64,000 nucleotides of DNA from Balanoglossus misakiensis (lineage: Eukaryota; Animalia; Hemichordata): assembly GCA_040954595.2 (NCBI GenBank), contig CM082579.2, positions 2,720,345 to 2,784,344 on the forward strand, read 5' to 3'. The position numbers and the translations under genes were made by a program. Each line of letters starts with the position of its first letter. Position 1 is the stretch's first letter. Below are positions 1-15,000 of this stretch, one piece after another. The notes below the pieces were generated by a model. That model did not search any database and was not told where the DNA came from. It saw only the letters and a program-made list of their open reading frames with translations.

Positions 1-3000
1 ATCGCCTTGCATCAGGTGTTAATTTGTATTAATCATGGTGCGTTTTTAATGTGCAACGTATGAACACATTGGCCTGTGGCACACTTCAATCGATGACTTC
101 GGAATTGCATGGGAATATTTACATTCGACGTACCGAGGAATGTTCCCCCGAGCGAGTCGCTTCAGTTTTCAGTTTCTTGAGTGATGTCACATGACGTGTC
201 TCAAAACTGCTGTTCCACAGTCATTAAATCTTTCTTTGGTGGTCGTATTGTCTTTAATTTATACTCAAAAGTGAGAAAATTATAGTTTTTATTTTTGCAT
301 AGTAAGCATGGAGAGAATTTTTATGTTGTGTGAAGAAAACGTGACATGGGATCAGAGTTATTGTGGCATCCAACTCTTAATTCATTTGCCGCTTCTGTCC
401 GGTCAAGCAGTGGCCCGACCCAGCACAGGTGTTCGGAGACCAGAATGTGAAATTTTGCGTGAAGTGTTCTGAAGTAGTTCCTGTCGGCATTGACGAACAC
501 CCAACATGAAGGAAGCCCGACCAGAAGTGCAGGCGCGGCTACCAGGAGAGCGATACCACCTTATTAGAACGGATTATATTCAGCAAACACTGCTGGAATT
601 CTTCTCGATAACCAAGTTACATCCACGGACTTGCTGCGTGACCACCAGTGCCGCGACTGGCCATCGGTTTTGAAGCGAGGAAGTCCCAAGGTCTCTGTAG
701 GACGGAAAAAATGTAATTTCGTAGTAATGTGTAACAGATTAGGAGAGAAGCAAATTAAAGCAGACATTTGTTGCCCATGGTGAACAGCGGGCTGTCAACG
801 ATATTTGTCACGAGTCTAGTATTTCCACAGCGCCAGCGTTGCCCATGTGTTTTCATTTACCACTGGCGTACATTGTATATGAAAAAAATTTGACAAATGT
901 GTGCAGCGGAATGGCCGTCTTCCTGTCGTGGGCTTGACTGTACAAGTCTTTGGTTTTGTGTTCGGCGGTTTGAAGTCATCGTTTCTGTGGGCAATCTGTA
1001 CGGCTTGATATTCAATCTGTCTCCATTCCGCTGTTTTGCCCCAGCAGAGCTCCTATAACTCCTGATGTATATGTTCCTACTCTGATGGACTTGACCTCGA
1101 GAAGATTTGTCAGTTTTTAGTAAACACCCGCATAAGAGTTGAAAACTGGAAGCATCTCTAAAAATTTACGGTCAAGAACTTATCAGGCTTTTTTGTGGCC
1201 TGTTCCCGGATCTCTGATGCCGCCTGTTGACAGTTCATACACTTGACAGTGGTGGGTCCCTGCTGATAAATTTGTCATCGCTTTGTGTCTGCACAAGGAA
1301 TCAAACACCCGACACCCCGTTGCCAGGGCGACCTATCCCCGTTCTGTTCTGGGGATAGAATGTCCAAGGCTTTCTCTTTCGTGTACGACTTGAGGTCAAA
1401 CATTTTAAAAAAGTGCTGGCTGACCTTTGGAAGTCGCAAAGTGATCGAGGAGCTTCCAAGATGGGGTTCAAGACTTGCGTGCTGGTGATTTATTCAGAGT
1501 GACACTGCTAAATTGAAAGAGCATAGAATAGAGTATGCTTTTCATGGAGAACTTATATCCCATATTTCTTTTTGAGGGGGGGGGGGGAGAAACACCAGTT
1601 ATCCGTCTGGTGTACACTGCTCGTAATAAAATAGCAATTATGTAGTTTGTAGTGCAGTTAGTGATACAGCTGGTATCAGTGTTTCCATGAGAGGTCTGGT
1701 ATTTATCAATAGTGGAGACATCCCTATCTCGCTTTTGACAGCCCCATATTTCTTTGTCTAATAATAAAAGGCCGAAACAATAAGTTGTGGTGTGAGACTG
1801 TTGACATCATATGGAAAGAGTAGGGGTTTTAATGTCTACTTGTCTCTCGGACAGCAGCACTGTTTTTCGCTTTATCAGTGTCTGTTCGCTTGACCCTTGT
1901 CCGATCGCCATGGACGGCGCTAAAAGTGGACTCCAGCGCTGTAGTTCATGTGCCACTTTTTTTGTGAGGACAGGTATTGTCCTCACTGGTTTTGGGAAGG
2001 TCTTTAAAATTCTTGTCTAGTCTTTTTAGAAAGTACGTGTGAAATTCACATAATGGAGCACATCCCTGACTGAAAGGCATGTATTTTGCTGTGTGAACTC
2101 ATAAAATTCTATGGAGTGTGACCGTCGCGATTCGGCATTGGATAAGTTGAATGTCGGATGTTAATTTGAGGGCAGATTTGAAGCCTTGTGTCTGTGTTTC
2201 TCATACTCGCAAGACCAAACTTAGTCGGTCCTGTATGATTGAGTGAAATATTCACACCATTTCGAGGTACACACACCACTTATTTTGATCGTCTTTGTCT
2301 ACTGCCATTGTGCGAGGTGTACAGTGTGGCCCCTAATGGCTGTAATTTATCATCGGTTGCCAACAAAGACGGCAGAGAGACTGCAGGAGTCAAGAAATGC
2401 CTGGAAAGTTCAGTCTCTCTGCGCGGGGTGGCAAGATCGTGCACCGAAATCTGTTTGCTCGAACCTCAAAAGCAGAGGCCCAGCGCAAAAAATGAACAAT
2501 GCATGGTATTTCACATCCCTGTCGCTTTGACTTTGAGTTGAAATTATCATATTTATAGGACAGGCGTACGAGTCTCCACTTCTGAAAGCTCGCAACAAAG
2601 ACCAAAGAATGCACCATTCAAGATGTTAGTTTTGTTGTTGTGTTGTTGTTTCCCTTTTCCGTGTTAGTGCTCAATAAAAAAAATAGATGGAACACACTGG
2701 CGACCCAAAGTGACCGGTGGTCAATGGCATGCTTTGCTGAACTTAGTGGCCGGAATAAATGAAGGTAGGGTTCGACAATAGACCTGCGTGAATGGCGGTG
2801 TATGGTCCGTCCGCCATTACGATACAACTGTGCAGACACTGTTTGTTTTGTATAAAACAAGCATTTCAGTACTTCCATACTTGACTCTCTGGCTGTTGTT
2901 CTTTGAAGGGTCGGTGTTGACTGTGAGGTTAGAATATTAGCTGTGTCTCCCCCCCCCCCTCCCCCCATGCTACAGTGCCACGAATCATGTCGGTTTGGAG

Positions 3001-6000
3001 TTGACGAGACTCCCGGTTAACAGGTTTGGTTGGTTGGCGTACACCCACCGACTTAGAGTGTGTGGAAACTGGGTAATTCAAGTCAAAGCTAAAAAACAAA
3101 CAGTCAAACAAGGACATTGTGGAAAAATTATAGCGTCTCTGAGGTAACAGCCCTTCGAACAATTCCCAATGAACAAACATTTACCTACGCGAATTTGACT
3201 AAAATACTTTTTGATATGTCTAACGAGATAAGAAACCTTTCATGAAGTGAATTGCATAACTGGAAGTAGACTACCATAATCATAAATATCCTCTGACCAG
3301 TATTTTTAGCAGCAATGGCTTCTCTGAAAGAGACCATACTACCTGGTTCCAAGATTTAAGTACAGTGACAACATTACCAGAGTACACACAGGTAAACAAG
3401 ATTTGCAAAGAAGATTTGACATGTAAATGAGAAATGTCAGTGTTACCCTGTTATCAAGTTAATAAATTTGCTGAAGGGGATCACATGATAGGGGGCAAAG
3501 TCTCCATTTTGCTGCGGCAGTGATGTTGGAGCCATTGCTTCGGCTGTATGTCTTCGTTATAGTCGCCGCTTGTTTGGTGAGTGCTTTACCACCTTCTCGA
3601 TGTCTGGTCAGTTTCTTTTACTGACATACTAGAAAGTGTGTGTTTTTCAGAAACCTTTGGACTGTTGAAACCGTCAGAAAAGAGTGAGTTGACCTGTGTG
3701 ATTGTAAACTGAGCGTCAGTCGAACGCTTTAATTTCTTAACTTACTGGGCTTAGGTACATGTAGTGTTTTAAGTAAACATTGCCGAACAATGACAACTGT
3801 ACAGAATTGCCATTGAGGTGGTGGGAACGTCCTGTCAAGAAATTAGACGAAGATCTGTATGTTAACAGTTTAGACCAGTACAGAATCAAAATACTCCTAA
3901 AATTAAATGTTTCAGGGGTATAAAAACAACTTGACAGTGGCAAAGATTCCCTCTTCTGTATGTGTTTGTGTATGTGGCGAATTAGAACTAAAATGAAAAC
4001 ATTTGATATGCAGTGAAAAACATGTCTGCACGATTGGTTTTGTGCATGTAAAGAAACTCTGCCCACCATGTATGTCTTGGTACCGTCTTGTTTTACATTT
4101 GATTGTGTGAAATGTTTCCTTTGAATCGAACCCTTTTCAGTTATTCCACTGTATGGTAGGGACATTTACCAGCTATTCAAACACACGCCAGCGATTGTTC
4201 CCCAAATACTCAACCAATTTCCACAATTCACTGCTACGGGCAAAAGTAATTATGTTTGACAGAACTCCTGTAAACAGGTAGCACTTTCCAGAATGCATCT
4301 TGGGTAGCTTGTGGCAGCTACAGTGTAATGACCAGACTGAGTTGATTTGAAAAAATTACGATAAATGTAACTCCTTGTTTTAATAGCACCACAAATGGTT
4401 TATTTATAAACAACGACATTACACGTACACAATATACACTTGTTTGAAACTGATGTAGGTATTTTAAATTTTGAAGAAAATACAAATTGAAGCTAAAAGG
4501 GTTATTATTGTGATATTACAGTTGTACTCAATTTTGAGGTCACCCCAAACAACATATGTGTTTGGTCTTTATGCTCACAACTTAGTAATCAAATTTTGGT
4601 CTTTGAAATCCAGGACTTTATATGACTTTCCATATGTATCATTGTATTAACAGTCACACAGAGATATCCAGATTAAAGATTTAGGGCACTGAGAATGAAA
4701 GAGGAATAGAAAATTGAATGTTGAAGTTTGAACCAGCTGTTTTCAAAACGCGTTCAATGTTTCTGACCCGATTTATCTGTACATGGATTTGTTTTTGAAT
4801 CAGTGGTGCAAAATATTGCGATTCACTGATGAAGGTGGAAGTGAGGAAGTCTTGAAGTCTCACTTCATCGCAGCTGTTATGATGTTTTGGATGATGTTGC
4901 GTGGCAACAGTGTCTATTGTGTGGCGTATCAGCTGAGTTGTTTGGACAAGTGATGATGGGAAGAAGCCAGGTAGTGTGCTGGCTATTTGCATTGGACAAC
5001 CACTTGTCTTACGTAATCAGCAATCAGGGCGCTGATGAAAAGAACCACTTGGAAAATCGGTTGTATAAAGCGGGGAAAAAAGGGGGTCAGTTTTGTCCAG
5101 AGGCTGCCGTCGGCCATAAATGGCGGTAGTGGCTGTATACACAGTAGGCAGTGGTTGCTATATAGCTGTATCTCAGTTGTGAGATTGTGTACACTGAGAA
5201 AATGTCTTGTCACGTTTGATGTAGTCAGTGTAATGATGTGTGAAAAAGGGAGTGTATGGTTTGATTTCTTGATTTAGCTGTGTCATTCAACTCGAGTTCG
5301 TCTTTCACTGTCTGGTTCTTAGGGGCTCACGCTGCCCATTATGAACAGAAATTGCAGAAAATCAAACAGTTTCTGTTTTGTGGTTAAATTCAAATCACAG
5401 AAAATTTACATTAAATTTGTGAAAATGTTTGTCACAAAACCAGAGCATGAAAATCAGTGCATTCATCCTCAAACAGAACTGCCGTGGTTTCTGTAGTGAA
5501 TTCATGAGTTATCTGTATGTATTGTAAAATCACAGGCACCAGTCTGTACTGGTACACGTTGGACATTATTTTACTGAATTTGGAACAAAGGGTTGGTAAA
5601 CATTCGGTGTCTTGAAGGGCATTTATTTTGTTTCTGTTGTTTTGGTGAAGAATTGGGTCTTGCTTTGCATAACAAAAACGTTCTGGTGATGTCACAGGAA
5701 GGTACTGGGTAAAATGCCGAGAACGCCTGGAATGGGTTTGCGGGCCGATCAGTTACACATCCCAAAAATATTGTGTCTTTTCGATTCTCTTGTCAAGCCA
5801 AGATCACTTCTCTTATAAAGAAATGTCCGGGCATTACTTGATTCAACAGACCTGATTTCATCTGCTGAAAGAGGTTGTCAAATGTGAGATTGGTTTCGTG
5901 TGGCGTGGGCTGATATTGTAGTTTTGAAAATGAGAGTGTTTTGTTGTGGGGCTGTTTTGAATCCAATGGCCGCAGGGCATTTCTTTAAAACATTTCCAAG

Positions 6001-9000
6001 TCTCCAGAATGACTAGCAGCAAGATCAGACTGATGAAATGTGTTGGTGTGAACAACAAGATTTTTTTTCCAGTCCCCAGAGAGGCGTCATTTCTAAAACT
6101 TTCTGAAGTTCAAAGAAAAAAATGTGGGGAAAATATTAAAGTAGGAGGAATTCTCACTGGGTCAAAGGAAAGTTGCAAATCAGACTGCAGAGTGCATGAT
6201 TCTGAATCAAGTTCATTACAGTCAGGGATGGGAGTCCATTCTTGCTGGTGTTCAACCTGTAAAGCAGGTTATTTTCTTCTCTTTTTTCTTCTCTTTTACT
6301 TTCTCTGGGCTTAGCATAATTAATTATAAGTGTATGTTATCCGTCAGCCCATTTCTGAATGCCTGTGAATAGTTTCAATTGTGTTGTTGGCATCCCTCTT
6401 AATTTAAAAGCTACAAGAAGCTGTACTTTGTGAAGATGTACACCTCACTTGTTAATGCTCCACTTGATAAAGTCACACTACCCATCCACTTAACAAAAAT
6501 TCCAGACAGTTCAGCCTTTCGTGTTCACAGTTATTTTCCTATCAAAATATTGCCAGTCATCGATTCACGGAATGAAAGCCAGGTACCTGAACCTTGAATT
6601 CTAATGGAGATATAAAGGAGTAACCGGTGAAAAAAAGTGACTGGTGTGGGTTTTATGTCTGTTCATTGTATAAATTGTTAGGTAAACTCCATGCAACTCG
6701 TACAATGTACATTTTCAATTCTCTTGCAAATTACTGCACCTTTTTCTATTGAAACTCACCAAACGTGTCAGAGTTACAGGGATATAAATTAAGGGAAAAG
6801 CCTCGACTTATTCCCTTGGGTCTCTTTGCTTGTTTCCGCCAAAGAGAACTTGACCAATCGTGTTTAATTCACCAGGGCCTCTACTCAGTCAGCGACCAGA
6901 TCACTGGTATTGCAGTGTTTGGGGGACATCCTTGTCAATGGTGGATGCCAATTTGGGGATATTAGACCATTTAATCACTTATTTATGCAGCATAAAAACA
7001 ATAGATGTTGTTTTAATATCAAACTGTCCTGCCTAAAATGGCCCCAACAAAGAGATTGGAGTGCCAGTAATGGTGGCACTTGGGGACTGTTTATTGTCAA
7101 CTGTCTTGCTACTTGAGGTATTTTTTTTCTCTAGCTGGAGACGCTATGTCTGCATAACACTGTTCTGAAACAAAAGTTTGACTTTTCATACCAGATACCT
7201 GTATTTTTTTGGTCATTTTTCATCCAAATCATTTCAGTTCACCTGGGAATAAAAACAGTCTTCTGTGTTCTACTTTGAACTGTTCATTAACGCTACAAAG
7301 CATTTTAGTTTTCTGTCGTGGAAAATTCAGACATTATAGGCTTTGGCAGCAAGCATAGCCAAAAGACATTTAGAGAGGTAATCTGAAACCACCGACTGGT
7401 TTACCTTGGGTGAAGCTGTTTCTTTGTTGTTTGTTTTTACGGCAAAGGCAGCAAGTCTAGGAACAAATCCGGAGCTAAGGTCACGCTTTACAGAATCAAA
7501 CACGAAACACAGCCACGATCTTTACAGAGCAATTTTTTTTGTCCATAGCTTTATTTATTGAGTGTAACATACAGTCCAGCAGAAACTCCTTTATTTGTAT
7601 AACATTAGTACATCTAGTTCATGTGTGTTGTTTAGTTGACCAATCATAAATACCGGTACATCCAATGTAGTAATTCTCTAATACTGTGTTTTGAAACTGA
7701 TAATGGGTTCTGATAATGGGAGTGATGATCTAAAATTTGATGTAGTATTAAATGTTATGTGTATTGTTTTCCCCATTACTACCAACTATGGTGTAACCTT
7801 GTGTCTAAAAGGGTGAAAAGTGGACCTTGTGTACCCTTCTAGACAACAGGGGTGTTTTGGGTCCAGAATTGATATCCTGCGTGTTTCAAATGCCTGTTAC
7901 CATTGCTGTTGTTATTGTCACACCAGAATACAAAGTCACCTCATTGGTCTTCACCTGGAGCAGAAGTAACATGAGATTGTTGTTAGTTCTGGTCTTAAAG
8001 GGGAAATCCGTCGTAGCTGATTTCTACATAATTTGGTAGCTTTGATGTCACTCTTTCAGAAAAAAACATATTCGCCATGTATAGGTCGCGCGATTTTTTA
8101 CAAAATCTAGAGAAAGTTCCAATATGGCGTTTACTGTAATTTGAATCATGGGAAAAAAAGCGCCAGGACCAACTTCCGCCCACCTTAGTGTGGGTGATAC
8201 CATTTTCCGATTGGTGTCACTGCGTCACAAGCTAAGCGTATTTGCATATTTTCGATGGGTTATAGCTCATGAAAACTGTCAATAGATGACAAATTTTCGA
8301 CTTTGCTGATGATTGTTTATCAACTGATGCAAAGAACAAACAATAGCTATGAAAATACGCCTAGTCTGTCGCCCAGTGACACCTATCGGAGAATGGTATC
8401 ACCCACACCATGGTGGGCGGAAGTTGGTCCTGGCGCTTTTTTTCCCATGATTCAAATTACAGTAAACGCCATATTGGAAATTCTGCCAACTTTCCCTAGA
8501 TTTTGTAAAAAATCGCGCGACCTATACATGGCGAATATGTTTTTTTCTGAAAGAGTGACATCAAAGCTACCAAATTATGTAGAAATCAGCTACAACGGAT
8601 TTCCCCTTTAAAAAATGGCAGTTTTTTTAATGTACAGATTGTCACTGTCAATTTTAGTCATAACGATTGAAATTGACTTTGAGTCAGAAACTTTTGACAT
8701 TTACTGAAAAGAGAGCAGAGCAAATCCCACTCAGCCTTCGTAGCTCGCAGTTGACTTTTTTTGAAAAAACAAGTCACTTGATACGTCGCCACCATTGGGA
8801 CTTAGAAACGCTGCATTGTAAGAAAAGCCTGCAGGAAACCTCAGGGTCTAGGACAGATGGCAAAGCCCAACACTTGGTGTTGGTAGTAAACCCTGCACAA
8901 ATCCTGTTGCTTTTTTTCTCCCGTGCGATATCGTATGAGGTGATATCACACGGCTGCACTATTTCAGTCGAGCAACCTCCCATGCAAAGCGGAATGTTCA

Positions 9001-12000
9001 GTCACTGGACTGTCTTCGCTTCAGTCACCACGTCTGCTCTCTGGTCGGAAATGACCGATTTTAGATTCAAGTTCCAAGTTCAAATTGTCCCCACATGTTT
9101 ACAGAGCTCATTTTGTACTACGGGAGGGGGAGGGGGAACAAAATTTTCTTTTTGGTTTTTAAATGCTCCAGCAACTTATTGTGTGGAGCAGGATCTCTCA
9201 TTTAGTTGAATATTGATTAAAAAGGCCCTTGATTGATAGAGAACAAGTGTTGATGAGGAACAAAGTACAAATTGTTTTATCTGAAACCAGGTCCTTTTAA
9301 GAACAATTCAAGTTGCTGGCCAAAAAGGCTTTTGGTGTAGTATCCCCCTCCCCCTAAAAAAATCATATGGCAGGAGTTCTATACCCTATGATAGTACTCA
9401 GGAGGGGCACGAAGTTGCTGCCTCAAACAAGTGGTATTTAATACAAGGGGCAGTCTATTTGTCTGTTTTCAACACAGTCATGTTTTGACAAATATCACAC
9501 ATGCCGGGTCAGAGGGTAGTCTGTGTGTAGTTATGTATTAGTTGGATCCACCAAGCTAGTGGATTAACATGATTTATCCGAACTGTCTTGTTAGATTTAC
9601 TGAAATTCATCCCTGAGAAATGCGTACTGTACCGCTGTGTTCATTCAGCCACTCTCCCTTGGCTATCGAGATATTTTCATTTTGTAAGTGTTGAAATCTA
9701 TCTTGATTTACTGCGTCCAGGTCAGGCGCTTGGCTGCCGCTGCATCGCAGGTCAGATATGCGAGCTGGTGACACAGCTATTGACCTCTGCAGATATAAAT
9801 GGAGGCTTTGTCAGTGGTTGATTTTGTTGCAAAACACTGGGATCTGTCAGCGGTAGCTGTGCAGATCATTATGAGATGTCACTTTGTATCAAACGTGTGT
9901 CCGGGTCTGCTGGGCATAATTCTAGAATCGATTTCAGCAATTCTGCTTCTATTAGACCGAACCATAATCTGACCCACAAGAATTAAACATTCAAAGCCAC
10001 AATTTACTATGCAGAGTTTTTTTAATCAGAGTGGGTTAGCCAAAGATACACTTTCCAACCTATTTATATGGTTGGATCAACCAGTACGTATATCTCTATC
10101 GTATATTTGCGCATGTCAACAGTTCAGAAGTTTTATTTTGACAATTTCCGCCAAAACGATTGTAAACATGTGTGCAATTTGATCAATGAAGTAGCTTACA
10201 GGAAACAGTAAAAATAATGAAAATGAATGTATTGAAGTAATTGTAGATTCCAAACAGAATTTGAGAAGTTGATGTTGGTGGATTTGGTGTATAATCACTA
10301 CACGGCCTAGTTTTGTTCGGTCCTGGTGTAAAAAGTGAAGTCAGCTGCCAGCGAGGAGAATGGTCACTGCCAAAGGACATACGTAGTAGCATGAATGTGC
10401 CAGAACAGCTTCATTGAATATAAAATAAATTCTATATAGTCTTTATCTATCGCTTGTTTGTATTTCGAGTCATGCTGATCACCATAGACAACATCATGGA
10501 CATGTATTGAAAAAAATGTACATGTATATAAAATAGATAAGGTCAACTGGACTGTATTGTTTGTAAATCTGGTGAAGAATGTTTGATGGAAAAAGTGATA
10601 AAATAACTGAAGTTTTGGTTGTCATTGTCATGGGAGACTGCCAAATCCAGGTGTGCTTTTATTGGTTGAGTGACCATGCAAAAAAATTGGACGAAAAATA
10701 AACTTTGTGTGTCCGACAGCACCAGGTCGTAATTGTTGCAGTGTGGTGTTCCCGTGCGCAATACATGGGATGTTTCTTTGTTGTTTGGTGAACTGTGGTG
10801 GCAACAATGCAGAACCGTGACGTTGAATCCAGACTTTACAATGTTGAATAGCGTTTTGTGTGTGTGTGTGTCTGTGGGAGGACTATGCCTAGCCCACAGG
10901 AAACCTGTCATGACTTCAGGTTGATGTCATAATTTGCTGTGTTCATGGGTTCAAGTCAAGTACAACCAGAGAGAAGTAAACCATGTTTGCCTGAGCAGAG
11001 TGTACGATTCCACAAAAACGGCAACGCACACGTCAGCCTTGTCACCGGCTTAACTCTGGTTTCTTGTTAAACTCGTAAGGTGTGGCGATCCCCTCAAACA
11101 TACAAACACACACTTCATGTTGCCATTTTGCCAAGGTTATCGTGTAATTGTAAGAAAAACAGCGACAAAGGGATTTTTTCACCATCTTTAAAAGTGAATT
11201 CTGAACAATTCATGCACGGATAAAAGTCCCCTCACAAAGGCGAAGGCAGTGAATTTTCAAGGCCTTCTTTGGTGTATAGGCCAAGTATACCATTCACAGC
11301 AAGGCCTGTGCAATCGGATGCAGATGATGGCTCTTGCAGTATTCAGACCTTGGATTGTGCCTTTAATGCATCCAGAATGTGCCTACTGGCATTCTTAACA
11401 GGCCACTATATTTAGAGAAGACCTACCCCTTTTCCTGAAGACAGTTTGTTCGTGACAAATCAAGAAAAAAATGTGAGAGGAAGTCTCAATTGAGTTACTG
11501 GTGAAAAAAGAGCCTGGTCAAAGGGATACTGTCTTGGTCCTGACAAAGGCAAAGACAGGAATTCTCGAATGTCTCATTGTCAAGCTGTGTAAACATTGAA
11601 ATTTTCCCATAATACATTGAGTGAAATTGGTTCTGTCCCATGGTGCATTTGGATCTCAGCAGTGATTGTTGATCACTGTAGAATGTTCTCCTACCACAGT
11701 GCATAATGTTTAGACCGCTTTGTCGGGGCAATCGCTGATTTCTTAGCGCAGTGAAGTAATCTGCATCGTCTTCCAGAAAGGGTCGTAGACCTGAATGCGA
11801 TCTACGTTTTTAGGCCATTCTAAATCACAACAAAAGAAGGTTAAACGCCGCCACGTTACGTGACGAAAACAGAGTGTGGTGATCACACAGCAGAAATAAA
11901 ATATGTTTTATCATCAGAATTATGAGAGGTGGAGCCAGACTTGGCACCCTGGCACGGTACATCACATGGGAATTACAGACTTGTTAAGTGCTACCTGTTC

Positions 12001-15000
12001 ACGCTTTTGTTGCTCTGATTTCCCCCAATTGGGCCAAAGTATATGCAGGGCCCATTCAATACTCTGAAGTGTGGTTTTTGGCACGTTTTCGAGGTGGCGT
12101 GGCGCTTAGGTAGGAGGATGACCTCCATTGCGTATACTCTGCTCATCTGTCATAAAAGAAAAAGTGACGAAATCTCCCGTTTCGATTTTTGTTATTTTTT
12201 CCGTCTGTTTTGGCAACACACCTCCAGGAGATGGGGGGATGCTCTGACTCGCACGAAGAGTCGCGGACACAATACCACGTTGCTCAGCTGGTCGAGTGAT
12301 TAGTGGTCTTGAGTCTCCGGTGATGACATGCGATTCTTGAGACCACTGGAGGGTGCAGGATAACCCTTCTTTCACCTGTGGAGCGTTCGCTTGGCCTCTG
12401 GTACCCACACGAAGACAAGCGGCACTTTTACATCATCATTCATTTGCCCCTCAAATCCGTAGGTGCATATTAACTCGACAAGCCAAGCAGATAGTGCACG
12501 TAGGCAAGGCAGACCGAAAGCAGGCCACTTTTAATTGCTGTCTATTGTTAGCAGCTGCAAGCCCCGTACCCCATTAAAAATACCTGAGGTAGGGTCGGGG
12601 CTTGTTATCACACACTGGCTTTATCCATCATTTGACAATATGCTAAAATATTGAAAGAAAAAGCTGTGAAGAATTTCACCTTCAGAAACACAGGATTAAG
12701 TGATTAGGCAGTGATAAGCTCCGTAGCCATTTAAAAAAGAGTAGGGACAGTCACTTTATCCGCCAATTAAATAAAAAAAAACTTTAACAATTTTGAAAAT
12801 CTCAAGTTAAGAATCCCACCTTCAATACCTCAGGTTTTCTTGGGCTTTGTGAGCAGTGGCGGCCATTGTTTGCTGGAGAGAAATAATGATCCTAGTCGAT
12901 CTGGCAATAATATCCATTCTGTTGGAAATTGTCAGGCATTAAACTGGCCTCTTGTAAGAACTTTGATTGGTATGTGGATGTTGAATTGTTACTTTTGAGT
13001 CCTTCTGTGATTTGTGTAGTCTATGGATTAGCGGCAGAGTTACCTTGGAAGAAATCCGGCTTTCGTTGTTTATATAAAATACAAGTATATTCATGCACTT
13101 GCATTTCAAATATTTCCCCACGATTAGATAAACATCTGTAGACACAGGGCGTTTTTAACATGGGAAAGATTGGGGTGATGATCTGAGAAAAATATGTCTT
13201 TGTCCAGTGTCAGGATTAAGGCCAAAAAAAATTGATGAATGGGTCAGATTGGGTTTCACTGTACTTCCCATTTCATTTCGAAAGATGAAATTATGGAAAA
13301 TGGCACAAATTTAAAGTTTGTGGTATATTTGCTTTTGCTGAACACCTTGTTAGTTGTTACTCCATATTTGTATGTTGAAAACTAACAATATGATACATGT
13401 AATTGAAAGCGGGACATTAATATGTCTCTGTGTGTGGGGGGAGTAAGGGCTTGGTATTTTGCCTGTCAATACAAATTCCAAAGAGTTGACATCTCAAGTT
13501 ACCAGAGGCTTTTGTTTGGCAGGTATTACATGCCAAAGAACATGTAGACTGTTAAAGCAGGATTTAGGTTCTTTTTATCTGTTTTGGGCAAGACACCAGC
13601 TGCGTCACATGATGCCAATGTAACTTTCTCATCTCCTGTGTGTGCAGGTACGCCAGTCGTTGGCACCCCTGCTGGTCTCAACAACTCTGGTAATTTGCTG
13701 GGCAGGTAGCTGGGTTGCAGTCCCAGAGGGGGTATTGTCAGTGGAATTCCACCACCTTTTGCTTTGTAGTAATGGCGAGCTTGAGTTATTGATTACTGGA
13801 AAAGGTGTGCTGGAGATTGGCCTGTATGGGCACTCTGACAGTTTGTGAGGACCAAGTTTGAACCTGGTTCCTGTTGGAATGTTGCTGTGTTTATCTTTGT
13901 GGCAGCTCTCTTGGAGTTGGATCTATTCTCGGTTGTAATCTTGGTTCATTAGTGTGGAATAAATGTAGATTAGAGCCAATTGTCTTGCGGGGCTTGTTGC
14001 GCTGACCCGCGGATGATAGCCGATTTGCATATCCAAAGGGGCCAATACCACCATGTCAATTGGTGATTAATACCGAGCCTGGTCATTGTCTGCCATCTTG
14101 TTCTCCTTTTGTGCTGCCGTGAAAGGAGATCAGTGTACAACAGTTAGAACTTCAACTAAAAATGGAGACATACAACGCCCAAGAACCTTTGTCAACTGTC
14201 GCAAAACAACATTTCTCGAGCATTCACGTTCACACCATTTTACTCTACATAGGTCCCAATGTCACCCAAACAAAAATAGATTTTGACTACTATAAGTGTT
14301 GGAGTGATGCTGTTGATTAAAACATATTAAATATCAGGCTTGAACTTGTACTTGGTACAGAATTGTCGCAGCTGATCAGATTCCCTGGCAGACAAGTAGA
14401 AATGTTCAAATTGTGAAGTGCGTTGCTTTTGAAAATCCTAAAATAAAAAAAAGAATGTAAAGCAGTTTAAGGCTTATGGGAAAAGTAGGTTAAAATTGTG
14501 TATTTTACATATTTCCTTATTAGCACCTGCATGTACCATTCAGTTTCTCTGAATAGGACTTATTGATTTTCGTGTTTGTGTACACGAGTAATTATTGATT
14601 AGAATGCCCGTCCAGCATCTTTTCATTCATCCGCAATGCTTTTGTGAGAGAGAAAAAAAATCGCCGTTAGTAAGAGCGTCTTCACCAAAGTCAGATTCCA
14701 GTCTTTAATGAACTAGTTATCCATGATAGGGCTTTGGTGGAGAGTTCTTTCACCTGGCCGCCGTTTGAAAGTCTGGCACTGAAGAAAAAGAAAGTCACGC
14801 CGACAGAATTAGACATTTGTAGTGTGAAAAGTCGAATAAAGTGAACAATGCTATAAACAAGAAACCCATTAGTCGGGAAAATTGGAGGAAGATGTTAACA
14901 AGCTCTGCTTGAGGGGGGGTTGGGTTGATCTGAGAAAACTGACAAAGCCAGTAGAATACATCCACAAAGTGCGGTTGGAAATGTTTGTGATTTTGTTTTC

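Noticed and set aside
1576-2967. Poly-G and poly-C runs (1576-1587, ~2949-2967) and the ORF starting MGGGGGG
   Set aside because: Simple low-complexity tracts common in such genomes, with no coding evidence.
8303-8611. ORFs 8303..8611(+) and 7995..8183(-) sharing the peptide RFCKKSRDLYMANMFFSERVTSKLPNYVEISY
   Set aside because: The shared translation is a by-product of the inverted arms of the MITE. There are no transposase motifs.
8667-9209. 180-aa ORF next to the MITE
   Set aside because: TTG start, no recognisable domain, and non-coding-like composition. Treated as a chance ORF in the intron.
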